Positions 39,685 through 49,791 of a stretch of 64,000 nucleotides of DNA are shown piece by piece. The notes under the pieces are model-generated. The model ran no database searches. It had not been told where the DNA came from and worked only from the letters and a program-made list of their open reading frames with translations. Numbering within the stretch: the stretch's first letter is position 1; every line of letters starts with the position of its first letter. The DNA is from an uncultured Planctomycetia bacterium (GTDB lineage: Bacteria; Omnitrophota; Gorgyraeia; Duberdicusellales; Duberdicusellaceae). The translations under genes and the position numbers were made by a program. The stretch spans positions 94,915 to 158,914 of the forward strand of contig CAZWJT010000004.1 of the NCBI GenBank assembly GCA_964634935.1, in the 5' to 3' direction.

Positions 39685-41432
39685 GCATTCCCCAGCAGAT
39701 TATCGATGAAATACAGGATAAAACTGATATCGTAGAACTTATTTCGAGTTATCTTCCGCTAAAAAAAGCCGGAAGAAACTTTAAAGCCTGCTGCCCTTTC
39801 CATACAGAAAAAACACCTTCATTCGTAGTGAGTCCGCAAAAACAAATTTTTCACTGCTTTGGATGCGGAGCAGGAGGAGGAAGCATCCAGTTTGTAATGC
39901 AGCATGAAAAAGTTGGCTTCCCGGAAGCGGTAGAAATGCTGGCAAAAAAGCTTTCAATCGCCATTCCAAAAACCCTCTCGCCACAAGAAACATTCAAAGA
40001 AAACCTCTGGAAGCTGAACCACCAAGCAATTGAATTATACGAAAAAAATCTCTGGCAGACTCCCGAAGCTCACAGTGCACTCGACTATCTGCAAAAACGC
40101 GGATTGAAACCAGAAACGATCAAGGAGTTTCACTTGGGATATGCCTCTCGGACACGCGATCAACTCCTTCAGTATATGCGGCGTAATAATATCAGTATTT
40201 CGCTTCTTGCCCAAGCGGGCTTGATCACTGCAACACAACAAGGTGGATATATCGATGCGTTCCGAGAAAGAATTATCGTGCCGATTTTTGATATGAAGAA
40301 TCGGGCTGTCGGATTTGGGGCGCGGAGAACAGCAAACCAAGAATCTCTCCCAAAATACATCAATACACAAGAAACTCCGGTATTCACGAAGCGGCATAAC
40401 CTTTTTGGGTTAAATTTTGCCAAAAATTCGATTAGCGAAAAGGATGCCTGTATTATCACCGAAGGATACTTTGATATGATCATCCCGTACCAGGAAGGCA
40501 TCCAAAACATCATCGCTTCTTCTGGTACCGCGCTCACAACCGAACAAATTCAACTCGTGAAACGATATACCAATAATGTCTTTCTGGTCTATGACAGCGA
40601 TACCGCCGGAGAGCAAGCCTCGCTCAGAGCCATTGATTTGATGATCGAACAGGGGCTGAATGTCCGAGTTGTTTCTCTTCCTCAAGGAGAAGATCCAGCA
40701 TCATTTGTTCAAAAATATGGTTCAGAAAAATTTAACACCCTACTGAAAGAAGCGCCTGATTTTTTTCTATACAAAACAGTATATCTTAAGAAAAAGTACG
40801 GAACAAAAGATATCCAAAAGAAAGCATTGATCGTAAATGAATTGCTCGAAACGCTGATGAAATTTCCCAATGAAATTGTCCGCTATGAATATTTGCGTAT
40901 TTTAGCTCAAAGCCTCTCGACAAGCGAAGACGCTTTAAAAAATGAGTTGAAAAAAAAACGAGCCCTTTTCGATGAACGTCCCTTGCGCGTTCAAGAACCT
41001 CGACCGTCTCGATTCAAAGAAATGAAACCTCTCGAAAAAACCATCCTCCAGGCAATCTTATCCAATAGTCATTTTTGCTCCATTCTGGCGAAACGACTCT
41101 CTCTGGATGATTTTGAAAGTCTTCTTGCTCAAGAAATTTTTTCTGCTATTATACACTATCTTAATCAAAACCAAGGTTTTGAGTTAAATCGGTTTCTCGC
41201 AACGATTACTGACCAGGACAAAAATGACATAATCACAGCGATCTTAATCGATGCGAATGAACTGAACGAACAAGAATTACTCGAATCACTCAAGGCGCTT
41301 GAGCGTAACCGAAAGAAGAAAATACGTCACTCTTTAAAAAAACAGATTCAAGAGGCCGAAGAGATAGGCAACACACAACTCCTAAAAGATCTAATCAATC
41401 AATATCAAGAGCTGGTGAAAACCAAACATTGA
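39681..41432 (+). CDS. dnaG: DNA primase
   Basis: CCPFHTEKTPSFVVSPQKQIFHCFGCGAGG zinc ribbon; TOPRIM block EGYFDMI ... YDSDTAG. Confidence 0.95.
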   Translation: MSIPQQIIDEIQDKTDIVELISSYLPLKKAGRNFKACCPFHTEKTPSFVVSPQKQIFHCFGCGAGGGSIQFVMQHEKVGFPEAVEMLAKKLSIAIPKTLSPQETFKENLWKLNHQAIELYEKNLWQTPEAHSALDYLQKRGLKPETIKEFHLGYASRTRDQLLQYMRRNNISISLLAQAGLITATQQGGYIDAFRERIIVPIFDMKNRAVGFGARRTANQESLPKYINTQETPVFTKRHNLFGLNFAKNSISEKDACIITEGYFDMIIPYQEGIQNIIASSGTALTTEQIQLVKRYTNNVFLVYDSDTAGEQASLRAIDLMIEQGLNVRVVSLPQGEDPASFVQKYGSEKFNTLLKEAPDFFLYKTVYLKKKYGTKDIQKKALIVNELLETLMKFPNEIVRYEYLRILAQSLSTSEDALKNELKKKRALFDERPLRVQEPRPSRFKEMKPLEKTILQAILSNSHFCSILAKRLSLDDFESLLAQEIFSAIIHYLNQNQGFELNRFLATITDQDKNDIITAILIDANELNEQELLESLKALERNRKKKIRHSLKKQIQEAEEIGNTQLLKDLINQYQELVKTKH

Positions 41433-41476
41433 GTTAGAGAAGCAAAAAAACAAGACAGGAATGGAGAAGGAGAAAG

Positions 41477-43030
41477 ATGGTTAAAAAAAGCCTGGAACAT
41501 AACATTACGCAATTAATTGCTCTCGGAAAGAAAAAAGGATACCTCACATACGATGAAATTAATCATTTTCTCTCGGAAGACGTTACCTCTCCAGAAGAAC
41601 TCGACGTAATTTTTGAAAGACTGGATAGCCAGAATATCAGCATTCTCGATTCTGAAGAAGTAAAAGAATGGGAAAAAAAGCAGGCAAAACATACAGAGGC
41701 AGCCCCCACCCCTGGACTTGATGACCCGGTAAAAATGTACTTAAAGCAAATGGGACAGATCCCGTTACTTTCCCGCGATGAAGAAATACGTCTCGCCAAA
41801 CAAATAGAGGAGAAAGAAAGAATTCTTCGCGAACATGTCCTTAAAACCGGGGTGGCAAAAGATGTCTATATGTCTTTGGCCAAACAAATCTTGACGGATG
41901 AAGTCAACATTGATGATGTAGTAAAAGGAGAGATAAAATTTCGTGACAAAGCTCTTAAAAAAGTAAAAGACCTCACAAAACGACTTGCTCGGATTCGGAG
42001 CGGCCGTGATGCATCGCATCTTCTCATGCAGTACAATTTCACGATAACGGTTATCGAAGAAACCATTATCCAGCTACGTTCCACCATTAGAAATTTTGAA
42101 TCTATTGAAAAAAAATGGAACGCCATAAAACAGAAAAAAAGAAAATCGAAACATCCGAAAGGCCGAACTGAATCATTCGCGGCATTAAGCCGGGAACGCA
42201 GAAAATTAGCGCTCCGGATGGGCATTCCACTCGATGAGCTGAAACTTTTTTACAAAGAGATTAGCAAACATCAGCATGAATACAACAAAGCAAAAAAGAT
42301 GCTCGTAGAAGCGAATTTGCGCCTTGTAGTCAGTATTGCAAAAAAATATATCAATCGAGGACTTTCGTTTCTCGATCTTATCCAAGAAGGAAACATCGGA
42401 CTGATCAAAGCGGTCGACAAATTTGAGTACAAACGGGGCTACAAATTCTCTACATATGCAACTTGGTGGATACGGCAAGCAATTACCAGGGCCATAGCGG
42501 ACCAGGCACGAACCATACGTATTCCAGTTCATATGACTGAAACAATCAACAAAATCATCCGCATTTCGCGCCTCTATCTACAGGAACGGGGGAGAGAACC
42601 GACCACCGAGGAACTATCAAAAGAAATCAAGATGTCAATGGGGAAGATTAAGGAAATTCTCAATGTCTCTCAACAACCAATCTCGCTTCACACCCCAATA
42701 GGAGACGAAGGAGATACTCATTTAGGAGATTTTATCGAAGACAAAAAAGCGGTATCCCCAGCAAATGCAACCGTCTATTCGATGCTCAAAGAAGAAATTA
42801 AAGGATCCCTGGACACCTTGACCGACCGGGAACGCCGTATACTCCAGCTGCGTTTCGGCCTTGAAGATGGAACTGCTAAAACCCTAGAGGAAGTAGGAGC
42901 CATCTTCCATGTTACCCGAGAGAGAATTCGACAGATTGAAGCAAAAGCATTGCGGAAACTACGCCATCCAACTCGCTCCAGAAAACTGAAAGTATTTCTC
43001 GAACTTACCAATTCACACAAAAGGATATAA
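41477..43030 (+). CDS. rpoD: RNA polymerase sigma factor RpoD (sigma-70)
   Basis: Region 2 [53 protein letters not shown], region 4 [14 protein letters not shown] ... TLEEVG. Confidence 0.95.
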   Translation: MVKKSLEHNITQLIALGKKKGYLTYDEINHFLSEDVTSPEELDVIFERLDSQNISILDSEEVKEWEKKQAKHTEAAPTPGLDDPVKMYLKQMGQIPLLSRDEEIRLAKQIEEKERILREHVLKTGVAKDVYMSLAKQILTDEVNIDDVVKGEIKFRDKALKKVKDLTKRLARIRSGRDASHLLMQYNFTITVIEETIIQLRSTIRNFESIEKKWNAIKQKKRKSKHPKGRTESFAALSRERRKLALRMGIPLDELKLFYKEISKHQHEYNKAKKMLVEANLRLVVSIAKKYINRGLSFLDLIQEGNIGLIKAVDKFEYKRGYKFSTYATWWIRQAITRAIADQARTIRIPVHMTETINKIIRISRLYLQERGREPTTEELSKEIKMSMGKIKEILNVSQQPISLHTPIGDEGDTHLGDFIEDKKAVSPANATVYSMLKEEIKGSLDTLTDRERRILQLRFGLEDGTAKTLEEVGAIFHVTRERIRQIEAKALRKLRHPTRSRKLKVFLELTNSHKRI

Positions 43031-43785
43031 TGCATCCTATACTTTGCAAAATTGGCCCATTCACTCTCTACACCTATGGATTATTCGTTGCCGCAGGAAT
43101 CCTCCTGGGTTATTTGATTGCACTGAAGAACGCCCCAAAATACTCAATACCCCAAACGGTAGTTTCTGACCTTACCTTTTGGGCCATTCTCGGTGGAATA
43201 CTATTTGCAAGATCCTTTTATATCTTACTCAATTTCTCCGATTTCCTGGAACACCCTGGATCATATGTCCTTTCTTCCGCTGGCTTTGTATTTTATGCTG
43301 GACTCATTGGCGGCATCTTCATAGTTTTTCTTTTCGCAAAATACAAAAAATTATATTTTTTCCGCCTCCTAGATTTATATGCTCCCAGCCTGGCCATAGG
43401 ACATGCCTTAGGAAGAATTGGATGCTTTGCCTATGGTTGTTGCTACGGAAAACCCACGAATAGCATTTTTGGCCTCCGCTTTCCTGTTCAATCTCCGGCT
43501 GGAATGGGAGGAACAAAGGTTCTCCCCACACAGCTTTTTGAGTCAGGTGTTTTATTCCTCATTTTCTTCTTGCTCACTCGCAAGATGCGCTCTACCCTGC
43601 CGCCGGGAATACTCTTTGCTTCCTACCTAAGTCTCTATAGTTCTTCTCGGTTTCTCCTCGAATTTCTCCGAGATGACCCTCGTGGAGAATGGCTTTTTCT
43701 TTCCACATCACAATGGTTTTCCATAATACTATTTCTCGCCGCATTCGTCTTCCGACATTACATAAACAAAAGCGCACTCTCATGA
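43030..43785 (+). CDS. lgt: prolipoprotein diacylglyceryl transferase
   Basis: GLFVAAGILLGY, GRIGCFAYGCCYG (Lgt signature region), multi-TM; TAATG overlap with rpoD. Confidence 0.8.
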   Translation: MHPILCKIGPFTLYTYGLFVAAGILLGYLIALKNAPKYSIPQTVVSDLTFWAILGGILFARSFYILLNFSDFLEHPGSYVLSSAGFVFYAGLIGGIFIVFLFAKYKKLYFFRLLDLYAPSLAIGHALGRIGCFAYGCCYGKPTNSIFGLRFPVQSPAGMGGTKVLPTQLFESGVLFLIFFLLTRKMRSTLPPGILFASYLSLYSSSRFLLEFLRDDPRGEWLFLSTSQWFSIILFLAAFVFRHYINKSALS

Positions 43786-45401
43786 AACACAAATCGATCA
43801 AAATAGCCTTTGCACAGCTTAACAGCACGGTAGGAAATTTCTCAGACAATGCGGCAAAAATCATTCATGCAATTAACCGAGCAAAAGAAGAAAAAGCAAA
43901 AATAGTCATCACCCCCGAACTTGCCGTTTGTGGCTACCCGCCAGAAGATCTTATCTTCAAAGCGGAGTTTTTAAAAAAAAATAAAATATATTTGAAAAAA
44001 ATTGCCCGTTCTACACGAGGTATTATGGCGATCGTCGGCTTCGTGAACGCACAAAAAAAACACCTCTATAATGCAGCCGCGATCATCTGGGACGGAAAAA
44101 TAGTGGCCCTCTATCATAAAATCATGCTCCCGAATTACAGCGTTTTTGATGAAAAACGCTACTTTTCACCAGGCACAACTATCCCTATCTACCTCTGGAA
44201 CAATCTGAGATTCAGCATTACTATCTGTGAAGACATCTGGACAGGCGACTATTGCTTTAGCCAAATAAAAAAACATGGACCATTAGATTTTCTCGTCAAC
44301 ATTTCCGCATCTCCATTCTATCGGGGAAAGGTGCGGTTAAAAGAAAAAATTCTTCGTCAGCGCGCCCAGTTCTTACGCTGCCCAATCTATTACTGCAATC
44401 TCGTTGGAGGACAAGATGAAATCGTATTTGATGGAGGAAGTATGGTCGTTTCAAAAGAAGGCAACATACTCCACCGGGCGCAAAGGTTTCAAGAAGATTT
44501 TTTCCTCTTTAATACCGAAAAACATAAGCCACGGCTGTTAGAAAAAGATACGATCACGGAAACATACCAAGCGCTCCTCTTAGGTATTCAGGATTACCTA
44601 AAAAAGAATGGATTCAAAACAGTAGTCATCGGCATCAGCGGAGGAATAGATTCAGCCGTAGTGGCTGCGCTGGCTGTGTATGCTTTAGGAAAAAATCGGG
44701 TATATGGATTGTTAATGCCTTCAAAATATACGTCAGTGGAAACATTGCGTGATGCAAAAATCCTATGTAAAAACCTTGGTATTTCCTATGCGCTTTTCCC
44801 TATTACCAAAATACTCGAGAAATACACAACTATCATGGAAAAAAACTTCTCCTTTGTGAAACACGGCCTCACTGAACAAAACTTACAGGCGCGGATCAGA
44901 GGAACTATGCTTATGGCTTTCTCAAATCAGAAAAACTGCCTTGTGCTGAACACCGGAAATAAGAGTGAGTTATCCGTTGGTTATTGCACCCTTTATGGCG
45001 ACATGGTTGGAGGATTTGGGGTTCTCAAAGATGTCTACAAAACAACGGTCTATGAACTTGCTCGTTTCATAAACCAACAACACAACGGCAGAGTTATTCC
45101 TGTCTCAATCGTCAAACGTGCTCCCTCAGCAGAGCTGAAACCGAATCAAAAAGATGCAGATGATATCCCGCCTTATAGTACTCTTGACAAAATATTAAAA
45201 CTCTATATCGAGAAAAATCTTGCTTTCAAAGAAATTGTCCGAGAAGGCTTTTGTAAAACAGTGGTGCAACGCGTCATTACATTGGTGGATCGCAATGAAT
45301 ACAAACGTAGGCAAGCCCCGCCTGGAGTAAAGATCACACCCATGGCTTTTGGAAAAGACAGGCGGATGCCCATCACCAACCAATTTTTAGATGAGCCGTG
45401 A
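43782..45401 (+). CDS. nadE: glutamine-dependent NAD+ synthetase (CN-hydrolase domain + NadE domain)
   Basis: Nitrilase-type N-domain (IKIAFAQLN, ITICED); PP-loop GISGGIDSAV in C-domain; start set at ATG 43782 (ATGA overlap with lgt). Confidence 0.85.
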   Translation: MKHKSIKIAFAQLNSTVGNFSDNAAKIIHAINRAKEEKAKIVITPELAVCGYPPEDLIFKAEFLKKNKIYLKKIARSTRGIMAIVGFVNAQKKHLYNAAAIIWDGKIVALYHKIMLPNYSVFDEKRYFSPGTTIPIYLWNNLRFSITICEDIWTGDYCFSQIKKHGPLDFLVNISASPFYRGKVRLKEKILRQRAQFLRCPIYYCNLVGGQDEIVFDGGSMVVSKEGNILHRAQRFQEDFFLFNTEKHKPRLLEKDTITETYQALLLGIQDYLKKNGFKTVVIGISGGIDSAVVAALAVYALGKNRVYGLLMPSKYTSVETLRDAKILCKNLGISYALFPITKILEKYTTIMEKNFSFVKHGLTEQNLQARIRGTMLMAFSNQKNCLVLNTGNKSELSVGYCTLYGDMVGGFGVLKDVYKTTVYELARFINQQHNGRVIPVSIVKRAPSAELKPNQKDADDIPPYSTLDKILKLYIEKNLAFKEIVREGFCKTVVQRVITLVDRNEYKRRQAPPGVKITPMAFGKDRRMPITNQFLDEP

Positions 45402-46171
45402 CGATGATGCGGCGCAAGATATCCAAACTCCGAAATGTTGCCATTCAGCTTTCTTATGACGGAACGAATTATTTTGGATGGCAAATCCAGAATCGAGACG
45501 CCAAACAAACCGTTCAAGGAGAACTAGAAAAAGCTCTTGCGAAGGTATTCGCCATACCGATAACCACAAAGGCGGCAGGAAGGACTGATCGTGGAGTTCA
45601 CGCAAAAAATCAAATAGTGAGCTTTCCAGTAACCACGTGGATGAATCCCTTAAAAATCAAAAACGCCCTTTCTGCATCTTTGCCGCCTGATATCCAAATA
45701 AATCAAGTATATTTCAACAAGAAAGATTTTCATGCGCGATTCAGCGCACGGGCAAAAATATACCGATATCATATTCTGAATCGCAAGAAACCTGATGTTT
45801 TTCTACGTAATTTCTCTTGGCATGTCCGAGAAAAACTTGACATGAAGGTCATGCAACAGGCAGCAAAAGCCTTCGTAGGAAAGAAAGATTTTCGCTCCCT
45901 TATTAACCAATATGAGCCGGATGAGAAAAGCACGCGCATCGTACACTATATATCTATAAAAAAACGAAATCCCTACCTGGTGATCGAAATTAAAGCAAAT
46001 AGTTTTCTCCGGGGTATGGTTCGTAATATTGTGGCGCTTCTCGTAGAAGCAGGATTACACCAAAAAACGCAAAAAGACATACACCGGTTACTTTTTAACC
46101 GCCGGCGAGATCACTTTTTCCAATCAGCGCCGCCACAAGGACTCTATCTAACGAAGGTGTTTTACTCATGA
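45398..46171 (+). CDS. truA: tRNA pseudouridine(38-40) synthase
   Basis: IQLSYDGTNYFGWQIQ, AGRTDRGVHA catalytic Asp motif. Confidence 0.9.
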   Translation: MTMMRRKISKLRNVAIQLSYDGTNYFGWQIQNRDAKQTVQGELEKALAKVFAIPITTKAAGRTDRGVHAKNQIVSFPVTTWMNPLKIKNALSASLPPDIQINQVYFNKKDFHARFSARAKIYRYHILNRKKPDVFLRNFSWHVREKLDMKVMQQAAKAFVGKKDFRSLINQYEPDEKSTRIVHYISIKKRNPYLVIEIKANSFLRGMVRNIVALLVEAGLHQKTQKDIHRLLFNRRRDHFFQSAPPQGLYLTKVFYS

Positions 46172-47673
46172 ATATCTCTTCGCGCTCGATAGAACGAATT
46201 GCGCTCTATACTCTTTTTGGCTTGATTGTATTCTTTCAATTGGTTCGATTCGCTTCACTGCCACAATTCATCGATGATTTTTTTCACCTCCATGCTGCTG
46301 GAAACTTCTTAAAAATAGGCGGCTGGAGTGCAATAAGTTTCTGGGATTACGCCCCAGCCGGAAGAGTAAACCTCTATCCGCCATTCTATCACATGTTTCT
46401 TGCGCTATTCCTCAGTCTGGGTATCGAAAAAATAATACTCCTGCAACTCAGTGCCACTGCAATTGCACTTGTATTTTTTTTCAGCCTTTTTTTTGCTACA
46501 AAACAGATATTTGGGCGTAAAGTAGCCTTTTTTTCCCTGCTGTCTACATTCAGTTCTTTCTCTTTCTATACATCGCTCTGTGCCAACATCCCGGCAACTT
46601 TAGGATTAATTTTTATTCTCCAAACAGTAGCAGCAATCCATCGGAAACATCAGAAAACAGCCTTTATCTTCTGTTTACTCACCCTCTATACCCATGCTGG
46701 ACTCTCCTATGCCTTTCTTAGTTCGCTCATCGGATACGCTTTTTTCTCTAAAGAATATAAAATTTTGCGCACAGCGTTCTTGGCTATCCTCGGCGCCAGC
46801 CCTCTCATGATACACCAACTGCGCCACCTTCATTACTTTCATCCTGTATATCTTTCGGAAAATGCGGAATTTTCAATAAACATTCTCCATGTCGGAATTG
46901 CCCTTTTTGGTAGTTTCTGCATTTTCTCCCGAAATACCAAAAATCAATGGCCTATTTTCTTTACCCTGGCCCTTTTCTGCATTTTCATTCGCTATCCTTT
47001 CCGGTTCTTCTCCGGACAAGGTCTTCTCGGTATCATACTTATCTCAAGCATAACTATAGTACAAATTCTGTCTCGCTTACCCAGAAAACCCCTCCAAAAT
47101 GTTGCTTATTCCGTCTTGACTCTGTCCATCTTCTTCGGCAGCTCAACAATCACCCCTTATGATCAGAAGAAATTCACTCTCTATGCTTCAACATTTTCAC
47201 GAATTACCGCAAACTCTTTCCAAAACTCAATCCATTTTAACTCCCTCTATTTTCCAAAAACATACTCAAGAATCAGGACTATCATTGAGCAAAACACAGA
47301 CACCAAGGACATTATTGCGTCAAATAACGCAATAATTGCAATAATTCTCGGAAGTCTCTGCAATAGAGCAACTACAACTTCCGTGTTTCCCGAAATAAAA
47401 CCTTTTCTCCCAGAAAAAAATAGCTACCAAGCTGCTCGCTTACTCATCTGGATTAAAAACCCGAGCGATAATGCAACAGAAACCCAAAAACGACTCTACC
47501 AGGAAAAAAACTTACACCTCCAAAAGATAGCAGAAGATGATTTTTCGTACATCTACTATAACCCCAATTATCAAAAAGCAAAAATCCCAAAACCGCAGAT
47601 AAGTTTTTTTACGCTTTTCGGGATATCCTTCTGCCTTGGATGCCTGATGATCTATTTGCGCCGAAGAAACTAA
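46168..47673 (+). CDS. polytopic membrane protein, possibly GT-C-fold glycosyltransferase-like (ArnT/PMT-like), tentative
   Basis: About 12 hydrophobic segments; acidic DDFFH in first loop as in GT-C enzymes; no firm motif match. Confidence 0.3.
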   Translation: MNISSRSIERIALYTLFGLIVFFQLVRFASLPQFIDDFFHLHAAGNFLKIGGWSAISFWDYAPAGRVNLYPPFYHMFLALFLSLGIEKIILLQLSATAIALVFFFSLFFATKQIFGRKVAFFSLLSTFSSFSFYTSLCANIPATLGLIFILQTVAAIHRKHQKTAFIFCLLTLYTHAGLSYAFLSSLIGYAFFSKEYKILRTAFLAILGASPLMIHQLRHLHYFHPVYLSENAEFSINILHVGIALFGSFCIFSRNTKNQWPIFFTLALFCIFIRYPFRFFSGQGLLGIILISSITIVQILSRLPRKPLQNVAYSVLTLSIFFGSSTITPYDQKKFTLYASTFSRITANSFQNSIHFNSLYFPKTYSRIRTIIEQNTDTKDIIASNNAIIAIILGSLCNRATTTSVFPEIKPFLPEKNSYQAARLLIWIKNPSDNATETQKRLYQEKNLHLQKIAEDDFSYIYYNPNYQKAKIPKPQISFFTLFGISFCLGCLMIYLRRRN

Positions 47674-47687
47674 ATGAAAATATTTGC

Positions 47688-47715
47688 TTTACAGAGCAAG
47701 AAAATATCCTATAAT
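47688..47715 (+). promoter_or_regulatory. candidate promoter TTTACA-16 nt-TATAAT upstream of the DUF1844-trm112-aroQ-pepP run
   Basis: -35 at 47688-47693, -10 at 47710-47715, ATG at 47750. Confidence 0.45.
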
Positions 47716-47749
47716 TATTAGCTAAGAAAACCAAAAATCACCGCAGACA

Positions 47750-48106
47750 ATGGAAGAAAAAATTCAGAAGAAATCTGACGAAAGCTGGAAAAGCCAGGTA
47801 GAGAAAGAACGCCAAGAAACCCACGAAAAAGATCAGGTTTTCCACGAGCCGAATTTCATGCTCCTTATTTCTTCGCTCAGTATGCAAGCAATGATTGCGT
47901 TAGGCAAACTTGAAAATCCAGTAACTGGAAAAACCGAAGAAAACCTTGAACAATCACGGTTCCTCATCGATAGCATCTCGCTCCTTAAAGAAAAAACCAG
48001 CGGCAATCTGACTACAGAGGAAGAGAAGTTCCTCGATGATTCATTGTTTCATTTGCGGATGAACTATATTGAAACAAAACAAAACAAAACACCCGAAAAA
48101 CCATGA
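47750..48106 (+). CDS. DUF1844-family protein
   Basis: FMLLISSLSMQAMIALGKLENPVTGKTEENLEQSRFLIDSISLLKEKTSGNLTTEEEKFLDDSLFHLRMNY matches the DUF1844 pattern (KTKGNLT..EE...L..LRM). Confidence 0.6.
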   Translation: MEEKIQKKSDESWKSQVEKERQETHEKDQVFHEPNFMLLISSLSMQAMIALGKLENPVTGKTEENLEQSRFLIDSISLLKEKTSGNLTTEEEKFLDDSLFHLRMNYIETKQNKTPEKP

Positions 48107-48261
48107 TTGACAAAAATCTATTGGAAATACTCGCATGCCCTGCTTGCAAAGGTGACGTAGAAATGCGCGACAATAAGATTGTGTGCAAAAAATGTTCGCG
48201 CAAATATCCAGTTCGCGACGGAATCCCTATCATGCTTATCGATGAAGCAGAAACAAACTAA
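48103..48261 (+). CDS. Trm112/UPF0434-family small zinc-ribbon-like protein (52 aa), absent from the ORF table
   Basis: MIDKNLLEILACPACKGDVEMRDNKIVCKKCSRKYPVRDGIPIMLIDEAETN: CPxC...C..C and GIPIML are the Trm112 hallmarks; ATGA overlap with DUF1844 stop, 20-nt overlap with aroQ. Confidence 0.6.
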   Translation: MIDKNLLEILACPACKGDVEMRDNKIVCKKCSRKYPVRDGIPIMLIDEAETN

Positions 48262-48718
48262 AAAAGTCAAACTCCGAAAAATCCTCGTGATTAACGGACC
48301 GAATCTTGGCATTCTGGGAAAACGGCAACCGGAAATTTATGGCAACAAGACACTCCGGGGATTAGAAAAACAGTTGACCGCTGAAGCAAAGAAGCTTGCG
48401 ATCCAAATAGAATTTTTCCAATCAAACCATGAAGGAGAAATTGTCGATACGATTAACGCGGCTCTTCATAGTTATGACGCACTTATCATTAATCCGGCAG
48501 CCTACACGCATACGAGCGTGGCCATCTATGATGCGCTCGCAAGTCTTGCAATGCCAATATTTGAAGTCCATCTTTCCAACATCTATGCCCGGGAAGATTT
48601 TCGACATACATCCTTCGTTTCAAAGATTGCCAAAGGGGTGATCTGTGGATTTGGTACGTACAGCTACACCTTAGCACTCCATGCAGCAAACAACTTCCTC
48701 GATACTATTCAAGCATAG
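48242..48718 (+). CDS. aroQ: 3-dehydroquinate dehydratase type II
   Basis: KILVINGPNLGILGKRQPEIYG, HEGEIVD, INPAAYTHTSVAIYDAL, HLSNIYARE(D)FRH; start set at ATG 48242 (ORF-table start 48179 is a TTG). Confidence 0.85.
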   Translation: MKQKQTKKVKLRKILVINGPNLGILGKRQPEIYGNKTLRGLEKQLTAEAKKLAIQIEFFQSNHEGEIVDTINAALHSYDALIINPAAYTHTSVAIYDALASLAMPIFEVHLSNIYAREDFRHTSFVSKIAKGVICGFGTYSYTLALHAANNFLDTIQA

Positions 48719-49784
48719 AATTCAAAAAACCCTGTCTTGTCTGCAAAAACAAAAATGCCAGGGATTATTATTGGCCAACGTTGAAAATATATTTTATCTC
48801 ACTGGGCTTGCAAATACTGAGGGATATCTTTTTCTTTCCTCAAGCAAAAAACCAATCTGGTTTACAGATTTCCGATACAGAGAGTTTGCCCGCAATAATC
48901 CGCTCGTTGAGACTGTAGTTTCTGAAAAACCAATCTTCGAAACAATTATCAACCGAATCGCACAACATCGCATCCGAACAATCGCCTTCGAAAAACACCA
49001 TCTAACCTATTACACCTACCAACTGCTCCAAAAACAAAGCCAAAAGAAAAACCTAACGCTTGTACCAGCTGACGATCTCATCCTCAATCTTCGCCAGATA
49101 AAAGATTCAACGGAATTGGCAAAAATCATCCATGCCGTAGATGTAACTCGTTCTGGCTTTGATTTTGCGCAAAGCTTACTGTGCCCAGGAATCACTGAAC
49201 AAACGCTCACCGTAGAAATAATACGCCTGCTTATGGCTGCCGCTGATTTGGAATTAGCATTTAAACCAATTATCGCTTACGGATGCCATTCAGCATTTCC
49301 ACACCATAACCCTACGCCAAAACCGCTCAGGAAAAAAGAACCTATACTGGTTGACATGGGCGCCCGCTATCAAGGTTATTGTGCCGACTTGACAAGGATG
49401 TTTTTCTTGAGTAAAATGTCTAATTCTTGCAAGAGAATCGCTGACATTGTGCAAAAAGCTCGCGATCTGGCGATACGATCTGTCAAGCCAGGTAAAAAAA
49501 TCTGTCAGATTGATCAAGCAGCACGAGAACACATCACCCGAAAAGGATACGGCAGGTTTTTTGGACATTCAACTGGTCACGGAGTCGGCATACAAGTGCA
49601 TGAAAAACCATATGTAAATTCGCGTAATAACGATACGATTAAAGAAAATATGATTTTTGCTATTGAGCCAGCAATCTATTTGCCCGGAAAATTTGGCATA
49701 CGCTATGAAAGCATGGTAAGAGTAACATCGACCGGCTGCCAAATACTCGACGAAGCAAAAACCAATATACAGATATCACAATAA
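48681..49784 (+). CDS. pepP: Xaa-Pro aminopeptidase (M24B family)
   Basis: DMGARYQGYCAD, HSTGHGVGIQVHE, AIEPAIY metal-ligand blocks of M24. Confidence 0.8.
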   Translation: MQQTTSSILFKHRIQKTLSCLQKQKCQGLLLANVENIFYLTGLANTEGYLFLSSSKKPIWFTDFRYREFARNNPLVETVVSEKPIFETIINRIAQHRIRTIAFEKHHLTYYTYQLLQKQSQKKNLTLVPADDLILNLRQIKDSTELAKIIHAVDVTRSGFDFAQSLLCPGITEQTLTVEIIRLLMAAADLELAFKPIIAYGCHSAFPHHNPTPKPLRKKEPILVDMGARYQGYCADLTRMFFLSKMSNSCKRIADIVQKARDLAIRSVKPGKKICQIDQAAREHITRKGYGRFFGHSTGHGVGIQVHEKPYVNSRNNDTIKENMIFAIEPAIYLPGKFGIRYESMVRVTSTGCQILDEAKTNIQISQ

Positions 49785-49791
49785 TTCGCTT

